From Eledone cirrhosa (taxonomy: Eukaryota): DNA of 64,000 bases. The notes beneath the pieces were generated by a model. That model made no database searches, was not told the origin of the DNA, and saw nothing but the letters and a program-made list of their open reading frames with translations. The DNA is taken from NCBI GenBank assembly GCA_964016885.1, contig OZ024742.1, positions 303,552,001-303,616,000 of the forward strand. The letters run 5' to 3'. Shown piece by piece: positions 59,373 through 64,000 of the stretch. The translations under genes and the position numbers were made by a program. Every line of letters starts with the position of its first letter. The first letter of the stretch is position 1.

Positions 59373-59420
59373 TATTTTATCTGATGAGAGTGAACCAAAA
59401 TTTTGGTATATAATAAAATA
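59373..59420 (+). ncRNA. Hammerhead remnant with an internal deletion (GAAA lost)
   Basis: tattttat-CTGATGA-gagtgaaccaaaattttgg..tata-TA-ataaaata; stem I identical to that of 41293-41359. Confidence 0.5.
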
Positions 59421-59685
59421 AATATGGTTTTATAAATATAGTTTTCCATTTATTAATAACATTGATATTATACTCCCGAAAACTAGTAGAGTGCTTCGAA
59501 TCTGTTATAAATAAATTTGTTGAATAACCAACAAATTAAACATCTCTTTGCTTATATATATATATATAATTATGATTCCAGTTCCTCATAGAAACAACAA
59601 CCCAACCAGGTACTAGGCAATCAGAGTATTGACTAAGTTAAACACCTCAACAACATGTGTACTCGTCACTACCAAACTAATTCGG

Positions 59686-59740
59686 ACTGCCTGAAGAGGT
59701 CACAGCCAAAGATGGCTGTCACCGAAATATATATAGCAGT
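59686..59740 (+). ncRNA. Type I hammerhead ribozyme, intact core
   Basis: actgc-CTGAAGA-ggtcacagcca aaga tggctgtcacc-GAAA-tatata-TA-gcagt. Confidence 0.9.
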
Positions 59741-59786
59741 AATAAACGAAGCCAAATTTTAAATATTTGGCTTATTTATTTTAATC

Positions 59787-59861
<75 letters not shown>

Positions 59862-59865
59862 CATG

Positions 59866-59906
<41 letters not shown>

Positions 59907-59957
59907 ATGTATATATATATATGTATATATATAAATATGTGTGTATATTTATATATA

Positions 59958-59990
<33 letters not shown>

Positions 59991-60160
59991 GTATATATAT
60001 ATGTGAGTATGTGTGTGTGTATATATATGTATATAAACATACATAGTCACGTATATATATATACACACACACACATATATATATGTATATACGCATATGT
60101 ATATATATGTGTGTGTGTATACATATATGTGAGTGTGTATGTATATATACATATATACAT

Positions 60161-60231
<71 letters not shown>

Positions 60232-60405
60232 TAAATTTAGTCCTTCATCAGTGATTTTCCAACCTTCATTGGTATCTCATCGCTTTAAAGACCATATACC
60301 TCCGGTTGGTGCGAGCAACGGCTAAAGAAAGTCGTTGGAACACGTAAATAATGGTAACGAGCGAGACTGTAAACAATCAAAGATGGTAATGCAACGAAAA
60401 GTGAG

Positions 60406-60662
60406 GAAGAAAGAGTCAAGTCCCTGAAATCGATGAACATAAGTTCTGTGAAATCGTGGACGAGAGAGAATAAAGACCATCAAACCTGGTCGAAATGTGA
60501 GCAAGGAAAGAATTTCGCACAGGTCAAATGGGGGGAAGAAGGAGTCAAGTCCCTGAAATCGGTGAACATAAGTTCTGTGAAATCGTAGACGAGAGAGAAT
60601 AAAGAACAACCGACCTGGTCAAAGTGTGCGTGAGGAAAGAATCTCGCACAGGTCAAACGGGA
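60406..60662. repeat. Two-copy tandem repeat, 129-bp period
   Basis: gagtcaagtccctgaaatcg.tgaacataagttctgtgaaatcgt.gacgagagagaataaaga at 60413 and 60542. Confidence 0.9.
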
Positions 60663-62981
60663 GGAAGTAGGAGAGGGAGTAGCAGTGAGTGAGTGAAAGG
60701 TGAGGAAGAGGCTAACAGAGAGAGTGACTTTTAGAGGGGTAAAGAGAAGTGAGAGATACAGAGAAAAGAGGAATATATATGTGTATATATATATGTGAGT
60801 GTGTATGTATATATGTATATATACATACACACTCACATATATATATACACACACATATATATATATACGCATATATGCGTATGAGTGTGTATGTATGTGT
60901 GTATATGTTTGTTTGTATTTGTGTGTATTTGTGTGTGTGTCTGCGTGTATGTGAAATATCTACGGAGAAAATCAATACTGGGGAACGTTCAGTACAATGA
61001 AGATACATATTACGTCATAGCTTGAAATGGTACGAAAAGTGTGTTAACTTTTGGGATGTTGCTTTGTCGGCAGAAAATAGAAAGGGAATTAGAGGAAATA
61101 GTGTCAATAGAAAGATAGACGAGAAGAAGAATATGCTACGGAAAAACAACTTTTTTTACGTGAGGAAAGCATGTGTACATTTAGTCTGCCATTTTGTTGT
61201 CGTGTGCGTCACTTATATAGATATATAAGTTGTAACATGTATAACTGTTTAAACAAATTGCTTTTGGTAATGATCCAGTTAAGATAAAGAGAAAATTCTT
61301 CCAATACGTTAAACTATTTTGGGTTGAAATATAATGCGTTATAGAATGGGATAGAAAAGAATATATGACATCTACAGAATTTAGACATGGTATAAAAACA
61401 ACTGAGATAAAGAAAGAAAAATTTAGGTGTGACTGAGGAGTGACAATAGAAAATTAGGAATTATATTCTATATAACTCGCGATTAGATTATACACGTAAA
61501 ACACGCAGTTCTATTAAATATTAAAATTCTGTACAGACAATATTGCATAATTAATATATAGTATGCAAAAGTAGGTTTCATAGATAAGATTATCAATCTA
61601 TTAAATATTTCAGTGAGCGCGTATAAGTCAAAATAATTATATGTTTCTTGGCTATATACATGTGTTACTCTACGCAAATTCACTCATTTTACTTGAAGCA
61701 ATGAAAAGCATGAGAATGTTACAAATGTTAGTGTGTTATTCTAAACACTAAGTGTAATATGTTTAACAGTATTGCACCGTATCTAGCTTTTGACTATTCT
61801 CATGTTTATTCACTTCTTGTGAATATTTCACAATTATTTATTCTACATTTTATTTCGTAGCAATAGTTCAACAGAGAACATTACATTCTGTACAACAATG
61901 TGTATGAAAACAATTATATTCGTTTGACAAGAAACAACAAAACAAAAGCAAAAAACCTTGAGTTTTTAAGTATAAAAAGCATTCGTTCTGGAGATATATC
62001 AGAAGTATATTGTACAACAATGAAATTGAATTAATTTGTTGTTTGGATGTCTAAAATGCACAATTGACTACCTGCAGTCTAATAATCATTGTGATTTAAA
62101 TAGTTGACACAAAGGAAGAAGTGAATTTTCATAAACACGCGCAAGTATGATATAAAACTGTCTAAAATTAGAAAGATCTCTATTTAAATAGAAACAATTC
62201 TATATTATTAACAATATCGTTTCAATGGCGAAAACCACATTAATGATATATACCGGTTGTAAAAAGAAATGATGGAGTATTTGGAAACAAAATGCTTTAA
62301 CAGTACATTTTAATGCATTATCAAGACTGTCAGCAAAGTGAGGAATTCTATATACTAGTGATTTCTAAGGCCCTGCACTCAGCCTACTCCTGTTTATTGT
62401 ATTTTTGAAGGCCATATCAGAGAATCATAATATCGGTTGTCCATACTAACTCATATACTTGGGACCTAGTAACTATAGCCGAAACTGTGTAGGCATGTAT
62501 ATAGCTATAACATAATTCAGGTGAAGGCAGACGTGCAGTTTGTGAATGTCGGTGAAATAAAAATACACATATAGACCTATTCATAATAAATAGGAGAGAG
62601 GACGGGAACATAATGCTATCAGTGAAACAGCCAGCCTCAATCTGTGGAAATGAAGAATATAGAAGTTCCAATAAATCTATCCAGTTAGGTTGTTCTTGTA
62701 GGGTAGCTGGATTACAGACAGGCTTACAAAGAAAACACACGTTGAAAGTAGCAGATACACAGGGTTAATTGAAAATTAAGGTGCCAGTGAAATAAATGAT
62801 GGTTATTTAAAATCAGTTAATAGTTTCTGTTCTATAAGGGAAGCAATGAGCAATGGAGGAAGATGATTCAAACTTAGAGTTGCCAATAGTCCGATACCCT
62901 CATTGAATGGTTATACCTCGCATCATTTATCCGAACACAAATTCTTGATGCAATCAGCATAGGGGTTATGAAAAAAGAAGA

Positions 62982-63012
<31 letters not shown>

Positions 63013-64000
63013 TATATATATATATATGTGCGTGTGTGTGTGTGCATGTGTGTGTGAGTGTGTGTGGGGAAGGGGGGTAGACAGATAGGGAAGTTGGTAA
63101 GTGTACACCTTATGGTGAAATTTAAAGCAATGGAAACTACTAATATACCGGGTTAGAGCACAGTATTTGTTATATAAACACGAGTCTCGAGAGTTGATGC
63201 TCAACGTTTCTGGATAGCTATACAAGAACAGTATATCGATTCTATGCAGTTGAGTAAATAGACTCTTATTTGTAAATGGCTATGGGAAATCTAGGGAATG
63301 GGGTCTCAAATAAGTGTGGGATTACACATTTCATGCCTATGTACACAAACAAAAGACACAGTCATTAGCATATATAATGTGTATATTCGACGATATGCAG
63401 TTAATGGACATCTCTAGACGATCACATGTTAGCCATATCACCATAATCACACGCACGCACAGGTACAGAGAAATACACATATATATGAATTTGTATATGT
63501 GTATGTGCGTAAATATTTATGTGTGTGGATGTATGTTTGTATGTATGTATACTTGTATGTATTTATGTACGATAGTACGTACACATGAACGTATGCTCAC
63601 CCTCTCATACCCCCCCCCCCATATATATATATATATATATATCAATTTGAATCTGTTCACCTTCTTTCTATTTCCCTCCCTTGTTTCTATTTGACATCAT
63701 ACAATGCTTCATATATTTTACTTCACAATTACCCATGAGCATCTGTTTAATATCGTCTCATTATAAAGTTGTCATGCTTGTGCACATGTGTCACCGGTAT
63801 GTTGTTTGCACTCAACTATTCACTCCATCCCTGAAGCATCCACTCATACACTCCCTCAAACACAAGCACACCCGTTAATAGTTACAGCCCATTCAAACCA
63901 TTCCTTCATTCTACACACACGCACATTCACACACACCCATCCACACATGCACTCACATTAATCTAAACACACATGCACACATCCAAACAAACACACATGC

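Noticed and set aside
60406-60662. Repeat-spacer (CRISPR-like) appearance
   Set aside because: Only two whole-unit tandem copies, no unique spacers, eukaryotic context, no cas genes
62417-62740. 107-aa non-repetitive ORF
   Set aside because: No recognisable domain or splice context; length compatible with chance

Overview
AT-rich, microsatellite-dense eukaryotic DNA, probably intronic or intergenic. The SINE families and repeat style suggest a coleoid cephalopod such as Octopus (inference). No host protein-coding gene is supported: almost all ORFs in the track are translations of (TA)n/(CA)n/(ATGT)n. The real coding remnants are retroelements: two tandem 3' ends of an R4/Dong-type REL-endonuclease LINE (1-2083), two Penelope-like (GIY-YIG, Neptune-like) fragments (42353-43822, 48401-49135), an RTE fragment and two L1/Tx1-like fragments, plus tRNA-derived SINEs. 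The most notable hidden signal is a dense set of type I hammerhead ribozyme (HHR) motifs found by eye: 7 with an intact core, about 8 single-mutation, variant or degenerate ones, and several half-motifs. They lie in short non-coding elements that usually abut (TA)n tracts and occur as tandem (retrozyme/pLTR-like) or fold-back inverted repeats, often with palindromic stem III. All folds and alignments were done manually and need computational confirmation.
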